Below are positions 31,071-38,945 of a DNA stretch of 64,000 bases, piece by piece. Under the pieces are notes generated by a model. The model had not been told where the DNA came from. It ran no database searches and worked only from the letters and a program-made list of their open reading frames with translations. The DNA is from an uncultured Bacteroidales bacterium (GTDB taxonomy: Bacteria; Bacteroidota; Bacteroidia; Bacteroidales; Paludibacteraceae), in contig CACWNR010000009.1 of NCBI GenBank assembly GCA_902762355.1, forward strand, positions 290 to 64,289. The letters run 5' to 3'. The stretch's first letter is position 1; every line of letters starts with the position of its first letter. The translations under genes were made by a program, and so were the position numbers.

Positions 31071-31831
31071 TTGAATTTGAAATTATAGGTGATTGTTCCG
31101 ATCTGATCATGGTCGCCCTCGGTGAACTTCGCCTTCTTGGCGGCATCGAGTGCGAGTTGTTGGGTTTGCTTGTCGGAGATGTTACCGCCCTTGATCGTGG
31201 CGCTGATCACATTTCCTGCCGCATTGACGCGGATCTCAATGATGACGCGTCCTTCCTGGTTGAAGGTGTTTGCCGGTTGAGGCAAGGTCCCCCGAATACC
31301 ACGTCCGGAGAGGCTCCATGAGTTACCTCCCGATGAACCGTGTCCTACAGGATTACCTTTTTGTCCTGCTCCCTGCGTATCTCCTCCGCCGGCACTGGTT
31401 CCGTCTGTCTTACCGAACAGATTACCCATTTGCTGGGCTCTTGCGATCGCCTCCGCCTCTTTCTGCTTACGTGCCCGTTCGGCTGCCTCGCGTTCCTCTT
31501 TTTCTTTGCGCGCACGCTCGAGCGCTAAGGTCTCTTCTTCCGAGACGATATGCTCAGGAGGCGAAGCGGGCGTCGGGCTCGTTGCTATTTCCGGCGCAGG
31601 AGAAGCGGGCGCCGCTGGCGCTGCCTCAGAGGGCTCTTCCGCATAAGCTGCCGCTGCAGCCTCTGCCGGTTCCTCCAATTCCTCCACTTCCGCGAATTCT
31701 ATCTCCACGCCTTCTGCCTGCTCCGGGGCTACTGCATTGAGGCGAATCAGCCACAACAGCAGAAAGACCAGCAGCATAAACAAAACCGTGCCGATAGTCG
31801 CTATGGTATGTCGTTGTTGTTTCTTAGTCAC
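31067..31831 (-). CDS. tonB: energy transducer TonB
   Basis: N-terminal TM, Pro/Ala/Glu-rich spacer, C-terminal TonB domain. Follows exbB-exbD. Confidence 0.8.
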   Translation of the reverse strand: MTKKQQRHTIATIGTVLFMLLVFLLLWLIRLNAVAPEQAEGVEIEFAEVEELEEPAEAAAAAYAEEPSEAAPAAPASPAPEIATSPTPASPPEHIVSEEETLALERARKEKEEREAAERARKQKEAEAIARAQQMGNLFGKTDGTSAGGGDTQGAGQKGNPVGHGSSGGNSWSLSGRGIRGTLPQPANTFNQEGRVIIEIRVNAAGNVISATIKGGNISDKQTQQLALDAAKKAKFTEGDHDQIGTITYNFKFN

Positions 31832-32238
31832 TGTTTCTTCGTCGCTACCACCAACTTAATCTGGTGTTCATTCGCAATATCCAGCACACGTACTACCTCT
31901 TTGTACGCTACATCCTCATCGGCATGCAGGGCGATGTACATCGTCGAGTCCGAAGCCTGAATGGTACTCAGGTACGCCTCCAGACTCTCCGGATCGATCT
32001 GAACCGGTTTCTCCTTGCCCAGCGCCACGAAATAATTGCCTAAGTTGTCTATGGACACCTTGGCTACCTGCGGCCGCGTCACTTTGGTCGCGCGCGAAGT
32101 CGGCAGGTTGATCTTGATATCATTCGGGGACGACATCGTAGATGCCATGACGAAGAAAAGGAGTAAGAGGAACACCAAGTCCGTCATGGAGCTCATCGCG
32201 AACGTCGCTTCTACCCTATTGCGTTTCTTTAGTGCCAT
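31828..32238 (-). CDS. exbD: biopolymer transporter ExbD
   Basis: 136 aa, single TM, ExbD/TolR pattern (MSSMTDLVFLLLLFF). Confidence 0.9.
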   Translation of the reverse strand: MALKKRNRVEATFAMSSMTDLVFLLLLFFVMASTMSSPNDIKINLPTSRATKVTRPQVAKVSIDNLGNYFVALGKEKPVQIDPESLEAYLSTIQASDSTMYIALHADEDVAYKEVVRVLDIANEHQIKLVVATKKQ

Positions 32239-32240
32239 AG

Positions 32241-32936
32241 TTATGCGGGCTCATTAAGAAGATCCATGAATTCGAGTGTACGGCTCTCGAGCAGACGAAC
32301 CACACGGTCAATGCGGGAAACGAGGTAGTTGTATGCAAACATCGCCAGAATACCTACGATCAAACCGCCGATGGTCGTTACCATGGCCTGATACATACCC
32401 GTCGAAAGAGCACTCATCTCGATCATTCCGCCCGAGGTCTGCGCCATGTTATAGAAGGTCTGAACCATACCGAGTACCGTTCCGAGGAAACCGAGCATCG
32501 GAGCACCGCCAGCGATAGTAGCCATGATCACAAGGCCTTTCTCCAGACGACCTACCTCGAGGTTTCCCACGTTCTCAACCGCTACCTGTACATCCTGCAT
32601 CGGACGACCGATACGCGTGATACCTTTCTCGATCATGTGTGCGGAGGGGGTGTCGGTCTGCTTGCACAGATTCAACGCCGAGTCAATCTTGCCCTCATGG
32701 ATATAATCGCGGATACGATCCATGAACGACTTGTCCTCGCGCGTAGCCTGCTTGATAACGACCAGACGGGCAATGAAAATATAACAAGCGATAGCCAGCA
32801 GGATAGCCAGGATGATCATGATCCAACCACCATACTGCGCCATTTCCCATAAGTTGATAGACGTGTCTTGAACAGGAGCTTCAGCCTCCATGATTGCCTC
32901 TTCGATAACGGCAACGGTGTCAATTTGTAAAAGCAT
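32241..32936 (-). CDS. exbB: MotA/TolQ/ExbB proton channel protein
   Basis: Three TMs, GGAPMLGFLGTVLGM signature. Confidence 0.9.
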   Translation of the reverse strand: MLLQIDTVAVIEEAIMEAEAPVQDTSINLWEMAQYGGWIMIILAILLAIACYIFIARLVVIKQATREDKSFMDRIRDYIHEGKIDSALNLCKQTDTPSAHMIEKGITRIGRPMQDVQVAVENVGNLEVGRLEKGLVIMATIAGGAPMLGFLGTVLGMVQTFYNMAQTSGGMIEMSALSTGMYQAMVTTIGGLIVGILAMFAYNYLVSRIDRVVRLLESRTLEFMDLLNEPA

Positions 32937-32937
32937 A

Positions 32938-33654
32938 TTATTTCTTAAGTAATTCTAAATATTCCTGAATTGTTTCTTGGATGCCCAGATAGAGCGAGTC
33001 GCAGATGATGGCGTGTCCAATCGACACTTCCGCTGTCCATGGGAAAGCCTTGATGAACGGCTTGAGGTTCTTGAGGTTGAGATCATGACCGGCGTTCATA
33101 CCCAGACCCAACTCGTGCGCTTTCTCTGCCGCAGGACGGTACTTCTCGATAGCGCGTTTCGGATCGCTCTCGAACAGCTCCGCATAGGGACCCGTATAGA
33201 GCTCCACACGGTCAGCGCCTGTACGCAGTGCGTACTCGACCATCACCGGATCCGGATCCACAAAAATGCTCACGCGGATACGATACGAGTGCAATTGGTT
33301 CACCACGCCCTTGAGGAAATTGAGGTTCCTGCGCGTGTCCCAGCCGTGGTTAGACGTCAACTGACTCGGATCGTCAGGCACCAGCGTCACCTGCGTCGGA
33401 CGGATATCCGTTACCAGCGCCAAGAACTCGTCCGTCGGATTACCCTCCACGTTCAGTTCGGTCGTCACCATCGACTTGAGTTGATACACATCTTCCTTGC
33501 GGATATGACGCTCATCGGGACGCGGATGAACCGTTATTCCTTGCGCTCCGAACAACTCGCAATCCACCGCAAAACGCTGCACATCAGGCAGATTACCGCC
33601 ACGCGCATTACGCAGCGTTGCGACCTTATTGATATTTACACTCAGTTTCGTCAT
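32938..33654 (-). CDS. pdxJ: pyridoxine 5'-phosphate synthase
   Basis: LSVNINKVATLRNARGG.. The ATG at 33654 is preferred because a -7 box lies at 33678-33685. Confidence 0.93.
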   Translation of the reverse strand: MTKLSVNINKVATLRNARGGNLPDVQRFAVDCELFGAQGITVHPRPDERHIRKEDVYQLKSMVTTELNVEGNPTDEFLALVTDIRPTQVTLVPDDPSQLTSNHGWDTRRNLNFLKGVVNQLHSYRIRVSIFVDPDPVMVEYALRTGADRVELYTGPYAELFESDPKRAIEKYRPAAEKAHELGLGMNAGHDLNLKNLKPFIKAFPWTAEVSIGHAIICDSLYLGIQETIQEYLELLKK

Positions 33655-33677
33655 GTCGAGTATTTTGAAAATCGCTG

Positions 33678-33685
33678 CAAAGATA
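33678..33685 (-). promoter_or_regulatory. -7 box TATCTTTG for pdxJ
   Basis: Minus-strand GTATCTTTGCAGCG about 25 nt upstream of the ATG at 33654. Confidence 0.5.
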
Positions 33686-33730
33686 CAACAAAAATTGCAT
33701 ATATGCAAGAAAAAACAAAAAAATCACAAT

Positions 33731-34078
33731 TTATTGTTCAAAGGGGTGTGCTTGTTTGTAATCGTGAATGAGCGAATTATATTTCCACGCACGGACAGTG
33801 GTGTAGGTTTTGCCGTTGGAGGCGATGTGGTTTGCTGCCTCGAAGTCGGCAGCCAGTTGCGCCTTGGCTTCCGGAGAGGTTAGGAGTTTGAGTTGGGAAT
33901 TGGCATATTTAAAGGCAGCAGAGTTCCATTTCTGGCGAGGAGACTGATTCTTTTGATAGTCTTCGTCACGTTCACGATAAAATTGTCTGCCATTTCGCAT
34001 GTAAAAATAACCTCTGTCGCGGTTATACGTCTTACCGTGGATCTGTTCGATACCTGAAGATGCTATTATTCTTGACAT
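33731..34078 (-). CDS. hypothetical small basic protein
   Basis: 115-aa ORF with its own -7 box (34245-34252) and a leader of about 160 nt. I recognise no family. Confidence 0.45.
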   Translation of the reverse strand: MSRIIASSGIEQIHGKTYNRDRGYFYMRNGRQFYRERDEDYQKNQSPRQKWNSAAFKYANSQLKLLTSPEAKAQLAADFEAANHIASNGKTYTTVRAWKYNSLIHDYKQAHPFEQ

Positions 34079-34180
34079 AAAAAAGATTGTTTTAAAAAGT
34101 ATATTATATATAAATATATAATATAGTATTGTACATAAATTTGGGCTTCTTTTCGGGTCGACGTGGGCTAAACGTAGGCT

Positions 34181-34224
34181 TTAACTGTCGCTTCACCGTC
34201 GCTTGACCGTCGTTTGACCGTCGT
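34181..34224. repeat. 11-bp phased tandem repeat x4 (TTGACCGTCGY)
   Basis: ttaactgtcgc ttcaccgtcgc ttgaccgtcgt ttgaccgtcgt. Weaker 11-bp phasing (GGGCT/AGGCT) extends back to about 34160. Confidence 0.8.
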
Positions 34225-34244
34225 TCAAAGTCCCTTTTTCGGGT

Positions 34245-34252
34245 GCAAAGGT
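34245..34252 (-). promoter_or_regulatory. -7 box TACCTTTG
   Basis: Minus-strand AGTACCTTTGCACC upstream of the repeat-containing leader of ORF 33731..34078. Confidence 0.5.
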
Positions 34253-34540
34253 ACTGCTTTTCTTTGATATATGCAAATAAAATCCACTCAAAATATCATT
34301 TTTTTTAAAAATTGCATTATCCCACAAATTTTTGGAGCCAAAACATGCACTATCCCCAAAATGTTTCGAAGCAAGATATACACTGAGCGTAAAATTGGTA
34401 GGAGAGAAATATTCTCTGAGCGCAAGATTTACATCATGTCCCTCTGTTGGATGACATCCAACTCAATGAACGATGTAACCGGAATCAGATTCCGGGCTAA
34501 TGAACGAACTATATTAAAAAAGTGACAAAAAAATGATTTT

Positions 34541-35536
34541 TTATGCTAATGTTGATACATATCCATCTATATATGGTCGATTGTTAGTAACAACAGCGAA
34601 AGCTATGCGGATAAGTTTATTAGCGACAGCAATGATAGCAGCTTTGCCGGATTTGCCTCTCTCGCGTAAACGTACGAATGTATCTCGACAAGCCGCATTA
34701 CACTTTATAGATGCAACCGCGACAATATACAATTGACTGCGTAGATGTGTATCTCCGTTACGATTAATGTGACCTTTGAAATTAACTGACGTACCTGATT
34801 GCTGGTAGGTGGGACAAAGTCCTAGGAACCGCGAGATCTGTTTAGCACTGCTAAAGTACGTAAAGCCTCCTGTTGCCATTATGAGTGCAGAAGCGATATT
34901 TTCGCCGATTCCCTTAATGGACGTGAGTAACTCCATTTGGCGCTTAAACTCCTTGTTAGATAGATGGGTAATCTCGTCTTCTAACTTAGAAATTTGCTTA
35001 CGCAGGAACTTAATGGTTTGCTCGGTTGCAACTTTAGCCGTAGGGTCTTGCTTGGGTAGAACCGACAAGGAGTGCTGTAGATTGATCATCATCGTAAGTT
35101 GCTTCTTAAGTTGCCGAAGGACAGTGCGTTTCTGCTTTAGCTGAATGATGCTCTCTGACGGGATTTTATAGGGCGCTGGCTCCATTTTCTCACCATACAT
35201 AGCAATCAGTTTAGCATCGATCTCGTCTGTCTTGGTAGTGGACAACATGGCACGAGCAAAATGCTTAATCTTCTGCGGGTTCTCCATGCTAACGGTAATA
35301 TTAGCCTGTTGAAGCAGATAGAGGAGAAGCATACTATAGTTGCCGGTTGCCTCCATCACACAATGACATTCAGCCGGAAGCGATTGAATGAACTTACGCA
35401 CACCACTAGTGGTGTTAGGGAACTTTTGGGTTTTGTAATCTCCCTTAGTCGGATAGGCTGCTACGAACGAATCCTTGCTTACGTCAATACCAATGTAGGT
35501 CATAATGCTATTTGATTTATTGCGCTGATTAAACAT
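34541..35536 (-). CDS. IS110-family transposase/recombinase
   Basis: YIGIDVSKDSF (DEDD RuvC-like N-domain), C-terminal Transposase_20-like ..SIKGIGENIASALI..GLCPTYQQSG. Alternative start at ATG 35503. Confidence 0.9.
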   Translation of the reverse strand: MFNQRNKSNSIMTYIGIDVSKDSFVAAYPTKGDYKTQKFPNTTSGVRKFIQSLPAECHCVMEATGNYSMLLLYLLQQANITVSMENPQKIKHFARAMLSTTKTDEIDAKLIAMYGEKMEPAPYKIPSESIIQLKQKRTVLRQLKKQLTMMINLQHSLSVLPKQDPTAKVATEQTIKFLRKQISKLEDEITHLSNKEFKRQMELLTSIKGIGENIASALIMATGGFTYFSSAKQISRFLGLCPTYQQSGTSVNFKGHINRNGDTHLRSQLYIVAVASIKCNAACRDTFVRLRERGKSGKAAIIAVANKLIRIAFAVVTNNRPYIDGYVSTLA

Positions 35537-35690
35537 CGATACATCTGAACACTATCGTTGCAAATGCGGGGTCTGTGCCCTAATGAACTATCCAGTTTTT
35601 AGATGTATAAAGTATGGGGGCAAAACGTCCATTACGGTCTTGTGACAAACAAAGGATCGGCCTTACTCCATACTTTAGATGTCAAATCGG
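35504..35690 (-). ncRNA. candidate IS110 bridge RNA / structured 5' leader
   Basis: The -7 box at 35694-35701 predicts a leader of about 185 nt. A 10-bp stem (35608-35617 with 35668-35677) and a 6-bp stem (35541-35546 with 35601-35606) each enclose about 50-55 nt. ACATCTAAA occurs twice. Confidence 0.35.
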
Positions 35691-35693
35691 CTG

Positions 35694-35701
35694 CAAAGGT
35701 A
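35694..35701 (-). promoter_or_regulatory. -7 box TACCTTTG inside the IS110 element
   Basis: Minus-strand TACCTTTGCAGCC with an upstream TTTG at about 35725. Confidence 0.5.
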
Positions 35702-35739
35702 CAAAAAATATTTTGAATATACAACAAAGGACAGTTAGT

Positions 35740-35969
35740 GTTGGCAGGATGTGGCGGAGCGGTATCCTGCCAACACGGAACACCGGAATCCCGAAGGGAG
35801 AGCGGGCTATCCGATTGCCCTGCAATGGAAGAAAAATATTGCGGTGATACAATCACCGCGAAATGGACATACATTATGAACCAGAATACAATTTCTGGAA
35901 ATGGAAGAAGGTGGGATGTCGGAATTATATTCCGACGCAATAGACAAAGCTATGCCGATTGACAATCGG
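35740..35969. repeat. cluster of REP-like short hairpins
   Basis: Stems at 35740-35774 (11 bp), 35841-35859 (8 bp), 35881-35898 (6 bp), 35918-35936 (8 bp, CGGAAT tat ATTCCG) and 35955-35969 (6 bp). Confidence 0.7.
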
Positions 35970-35980
35970 TGGAATACAAA

Positions 35981-36009
35981 GAAAAACACCACGCTTTGCA
36001 GGCGTGGTG
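35981..36009 (-). terminator. rho-independent terminator of the island cassette
   Basis: Minus strand CACCACGC-CTGCAAA-GCGTGGTG followed by TTTTTC, 25 nt after the stop at 36034. Confidence 0.75.
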
Positions 36010-36033
36010 TGAAGTTAAATCGTCGTTGAGGAA

Positions 36034-36720
36034 TTACCAATCTTCCTCGCTGTCAGTGTTCTTAGGAGCGTAATGCTCGTTTAACCACGTAAGATAATAT
36101 GACGGATAACTCATCGTCTTTGCAAGCACATTGATCATTGCCTTTGCATGGACGTCTCTATCGTTTTTAGAGAAGTTCTTATAGTGCATAAACGGGTCTA
36201 AACGAGTGAGAGAATAGTTGAATAACTGATTCCCTATATGATAAGTCAAGTATGGTACATTAACTTTCATCTTCACTCTGTCGTCTTTGAACTTGAAATC
36301 AAAGATGATGTCTGCATCGAAGAAATATGTTGAGAGCATTACCTGTTGATATGCCAAATTTTGGTAATGTCCTTGAAAGAAAATGGACTTTTCTGTGCTT
36401 CCTTGTACTACGTTCGCACGGACGGTAGGAGTGAATTTGAAATAGTACTGCAAGAAATCCAGCGTCACATCTTTTATCTTTGCAATATCCAAGGTGTCGG
36501 ACGATTTAATTACAAACTCATACTCTATTTCTCCTTTCTCGTTGATACGATACGCGGCACTATCCACAATTGATTTTGCCCACGCTACATCCGAAGGATG
36601 ATTTTGCATAACACGGTTCCATTGTGCGATAGTTTCAGAAATCTTATCGCACGTGAATTGTTGTGCAAAACAACTGATACTTAGCCAACTAAGGCACAAG
36701 ATAAAAAATGTTCTTTTCAT
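36034..36720 (-). CDS. secreted hypothetical protein (DUF4468-like by pattern only)
   Basis: Signal peptide MKRTFFILCLSWLSISCFAQ, AT-rich codon usage, last gene of a 3-gene cassette. Confidence 0.55.
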   Translation of the reverse strand: MKRTFFILCLSWLSISCFAQQFTCDKISETIAQWNRVMQNHPSDVAWAKSIVDSAAYRINEKGEIEYEFVIKSSDTLDIAKIKDVTLDFLQYYFKFTPTVRANVVQGSTEKSIFFQGHYQNLAYQQVMLSTYFFDADIIFDFKFKDDRVKMKVNVPYLTYHIGNQLFNYSLTRLDPFMHYKNFSKNDRDVHAKAMINVLAKTMSYPSYYLTWLNEHYAPKNTDSEEDW

Positions 36721-36725
36721 TATCG

Positions 36726-37406
36726 TTAATTTTCTGTTATTCCTTTCATCATAAAATTCAGAAATTCACTCCCTAGGCGGCTTCGTTTATATAAACGCAC
36801 ACGTTCAGGATTACGGAATCGAATGTTTCCCCGTCTTCTACTGGCCATTTTCATGTATTCTTCACCATCAATCTCATCAACGAGACCAAGATATTTGAGA
36901 TTCAATAGATGCACAGGAATTATATCTGAATTATACTTACTTCCTATTTTCTCAACTAGTTGTCTCTCGTATATATAATTCTCAACGGCATTAAGAATGT
37001 ATATACTAAAATAATCTAATCGGTCCAGATAATTTGCAAATATTAGTTTGTTGCTGCAATTCAAACTATCAGGATGGATGCAAGCAGCTAAAAATGTAGC
37101 ATATAGTTTGCGTTTCTGTGCATTGAATTCATCTTTCGACTTTTGTAGTATCGGCAAAATATCATCCGTAAATGTTTGTATGTCAATATATGGCTTTATT
37201 CCTATTTGTCTCTCAATGCAATCTATTTTCAAATTTAACTCATTTAGAACCTCAATAATATTATTAACTTGTGAAGTGTTAATACCATCGCAGAAAGCAG
37301 TTATAGTAGCAGCTATAGGATTGGGATTGGCAACAAACTTTAACAACTGAATTGATATAAATTCAGCTCCAGTTGTTTTTGAAACTCTAATCTCTCCCAT
37401 AATCAA
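36726..37406 (-). CDS. hypothetical cytoplasmic protein (weak Abi-alpha-like feel)
   Basis: 226-aa ORF with no signal peptide, AT-rich, 6 nt from the downstream gene and 15 nt from the upstream gene. Confidence 0.5.
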   Translation of the reverse strand: MIMGEIRVSKTTGAEFISIQLLKFVANPNPIAATITAFCDGINTSQVNNIIEVLNELNLKIDCIERQIGIKPYIDIQTFTDDILPILQKSKDEFNAQKRKLYATFLAACIHPDSLNCSNKLIFANYLDRLDYFSIYILNAVENYIYERQLVEKIGSKYNSDIIPVHLLNLKYLGLVDEIDGEEYMKMASRRRGNIRFRNPERVRLYKRSRLGSEFLNFMMKGITEN

Positions 37407-37420
37407 AATATATCCGTGAT

Positions 37421-38215
37421 TTAGTCTTTGTAATCAATAATCATTTTAATCAGTTCCAGCTTGTCTGGTTCGATCTCTAAAATTTTCTTAATCATAGGCT
37501 TTATTTTCCAATGTCTCAATTTTCGTTCTATTCCTAATTGTTTCTTCTTTATCGTTTCTTCGTTAACATATTGCTCAGATTGATCCACCCAACGCAAATT
37601 TGTCGCGTCATTATTAAGCGGGTTACTATCTATATGGTCAACTTGTTGCTTGTTTTCAGGATTTGGAATAAAAGCTTGTGCTACTAATCTATGTACAGCA
37701 TAATGATGATTGTTTCCTTCCGTATCCGTAAGAAGAATATATCTATACCCATGAGCCATATGCCCATATATGATTTGATTTGTCACCTTTACATATATTC
37801 TCCCTCTATTACTCACTTGATGAGTATTATATCCTTCAATATCTTTCCACTCCTCTCCTTCAAGAGATGCTTTAATTTTAGGAAGTTTTCCTCCATAGTA
37901 ATCACGAAGATAATCGCGAACGGTATCTACCCCACGATTATATTTTTCCGCAATTTCTTTTATGGTTAATCCACTTTCATATTCTTGTTTAAATGATAAT
38001 ATCTCTTTTTCTCCCAAACGTTTTTGCTTTTTGTTTCTCACCTTGCCTTCTTCACGCAATCTTTTTGCAACAATATCAGTAGCGATAAAACTTAATCCAA
38101 GTTTATCACGAATGATCACATGGGCTAAATAGCTGATATTATTTTCCCATGTATCAATAAAAAACTGCTCTTGTTCTTCTGTGAGAACGATAGGTGTTTT
38201 CCTTTCTGGTCTCAT
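37421..38215 (-). CDS. HTH + NUMOD4 + HNH_3 homing-type endonuclease
   Basis: EEWKDIEGYNTHQVSNRGRI (NUMOD4); HRLVAQAFIPNPENKQQVDHIDSNPLNNDATNLRW (HNH_3); N-terminal LTIKEIAEKYNRGVDTVRDYL is HTH-like. Confidence 0.8.
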   Translation of the reverse strand: MRPERKTPIVLTEEQEQFFIDTWENNISYLAHVIIRDKLGLSFIATDIVAKRLREEGKVRNKKQKRLGEKEILSFKQEYESGLTIKEIAEKYNRGVDTVRDYLRDYYGGKLPKIKASLEGEEWKDIEGYNTHQVSNRGRIYVKVTNQIIYGHMAHGYRYILLTDTEGNNHHYAVHRLVAQAFIPNPENKQQVDHIDSNPLNNDATNLRWVDQSEQYVNEETIKKKQLGIERKLRHWKIKPMIKKILEIEPDKLELIKMIIDYKD

Positions 38216-38266
38216 ATCATTAATTATTAAATAATCGCTTGAAGAAAGAGAATAAGCCTGTTAAAA

Positions 38267-38512
38267 TTATTTTTTTAGATAATGTCTTAATTGTATAATA
38301 TCTATACCAGGAGGTAATGTCATTTCAAAAGACAGATTGTGCTCCGCTAGCCATTGTTCTATTTCCTCGATAGATTTCTGACCCATTGAGCGAGCGGCTC
38401 TCAGATCATTACGTCTACATTGTACAAGATCCCAAACGGTATTAATATTAGCATAGTATAATCCACGTTCTGTACGTGTAGAGAAATGCAGTGCACTATT
38501 TGTGTCTATTAG
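38267..38512 (-). pseudogene. stand-alone RNA polymerase alpha C-terminal-domain-like ORF lacking an ATG/GTG/TTG start
   Basis: Open frame LIDTNSALHFSTRTERGLYYANINTVWDLVQCRRNDLRAARSMGQKSIEEIEQWLAEHNLSFEMTL.. aligns position-for-position with E. coli alpha-CTD ([46 protein letters not shown]). The frame opens right after a stop at 38513-38515. Confidence 0.55.
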
Positions 38513-38631
38513 TCAATCGAGGCTCTGCAAAGCCCAACAACAAGTAATATACACGAATAGTCCACGCTGAACACGTGGAACTTTCGCTTCTTACTATCTT
38601 GTTGTTTGTGAAACTTGCAGATTTCGATTGG
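38513..38631. other. nested-stem structured element (unknown RNA or DNA structure)
   Basis: Four nested stems: 38514-38520/38624-38630 (7 bp), 38525-38530/38615-38620 (6 bp), 38536-38544/38598-38606 (9 bp) and the inner hairpin 38561-38566/38574-38579 (6 bp). Confidence 0.5.
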
Positions 38632-38744
38632 CAAGATAAAAAGCTAAAGTTCAATATTTTCAATATATCTGCGCAACACTTTGCGCTTATCCTTCCTGTT
38701 TAACGTCGGGAAGCGACGGCCGGTTTTTACGCTGGCGGGGCAGC

Positions 38745-38757
38745 GAGGGGTTATTTA
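38745..38757. repeat. left arm of the perfect 13-bp inverted repeat GAGGGGTTATTTA
   Basis: Exact reverse complement of 39178-39190. Confidence 0.85.
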
Positions 38758-38945
38758 TCGTTATAGTGCTCCTCTAATTGAATGACGAGCACGTAAACAT
38801 ATTCATCGTAAATGTCGTAAATAATACCGCGTACATCATAGACTCGCAAAGTATTGTTCCATTTCTGCTTTACTATTGCACCGAATCGTTTCACCACGTT
38901 CGGATTCTTTCCGCGCTGCGTTAATACGACGACGCAAGGCGGGAG
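38751..38945 (-). pseudogene. RelE/ParE-like toxin remnant (no start codon, overlaps the antitoxin-like ORF out of frame)
   Basis: Frame reads ..NTLRVYDVRGIIYDIYDEYVYVLVIQLEEHYNDK*, resembling the C-terminal RVGDYRIIY.I.DE.VYVL.I core of RelE/ParE toxins. The frame is open only from 38945. Confidence 0.35.

Larger units (their letters stand above)
34496..35739 (-). mobile_element. IS110-family insertion sequence (boundaries approximate)
   Basis: DEDD-type transposase ORF with an internal promoter and a long structured leader. Flanked on both sides by CGGAAT-N3-ATTCCG type hairpins. No terminal inverted repeats, as expected for IS110. The lower boundary could lie anywhere from 34260 to 34500. 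Confidence 0.5.

Noticed and set aside
34271-34525. 84-aa plus-strand ORF between the small unknown gene and the IS110 transposase
   Set aside because: Its apparent internal protein repeats simply mirror DNA direct repeats (for example TATCCCACAAATTTTTGG / TATCCCCAAAATGTTTCG). It has no promoter box and is probably IS-end or intergenic sequence.
35614-36040. Several 74-102-aa ORFs on both strands across the hairpin cluster and IS leader
   Set aside because: They overlap one another and run across palindromes and a terminator, with no start context. I interpret the region as noncoding structure.
37421-38631. HNH endonuclease plus nearby structured RNA as an IscB/HEARO (omega-RNA) system
   Set aside because: The nuclease is 264 aa with NUMOD4/HNH_3 and has no RuvC segments. 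The structured element is separated from it by the alpha-CTD-like ORF and is far shorter than HEARO RNAs.
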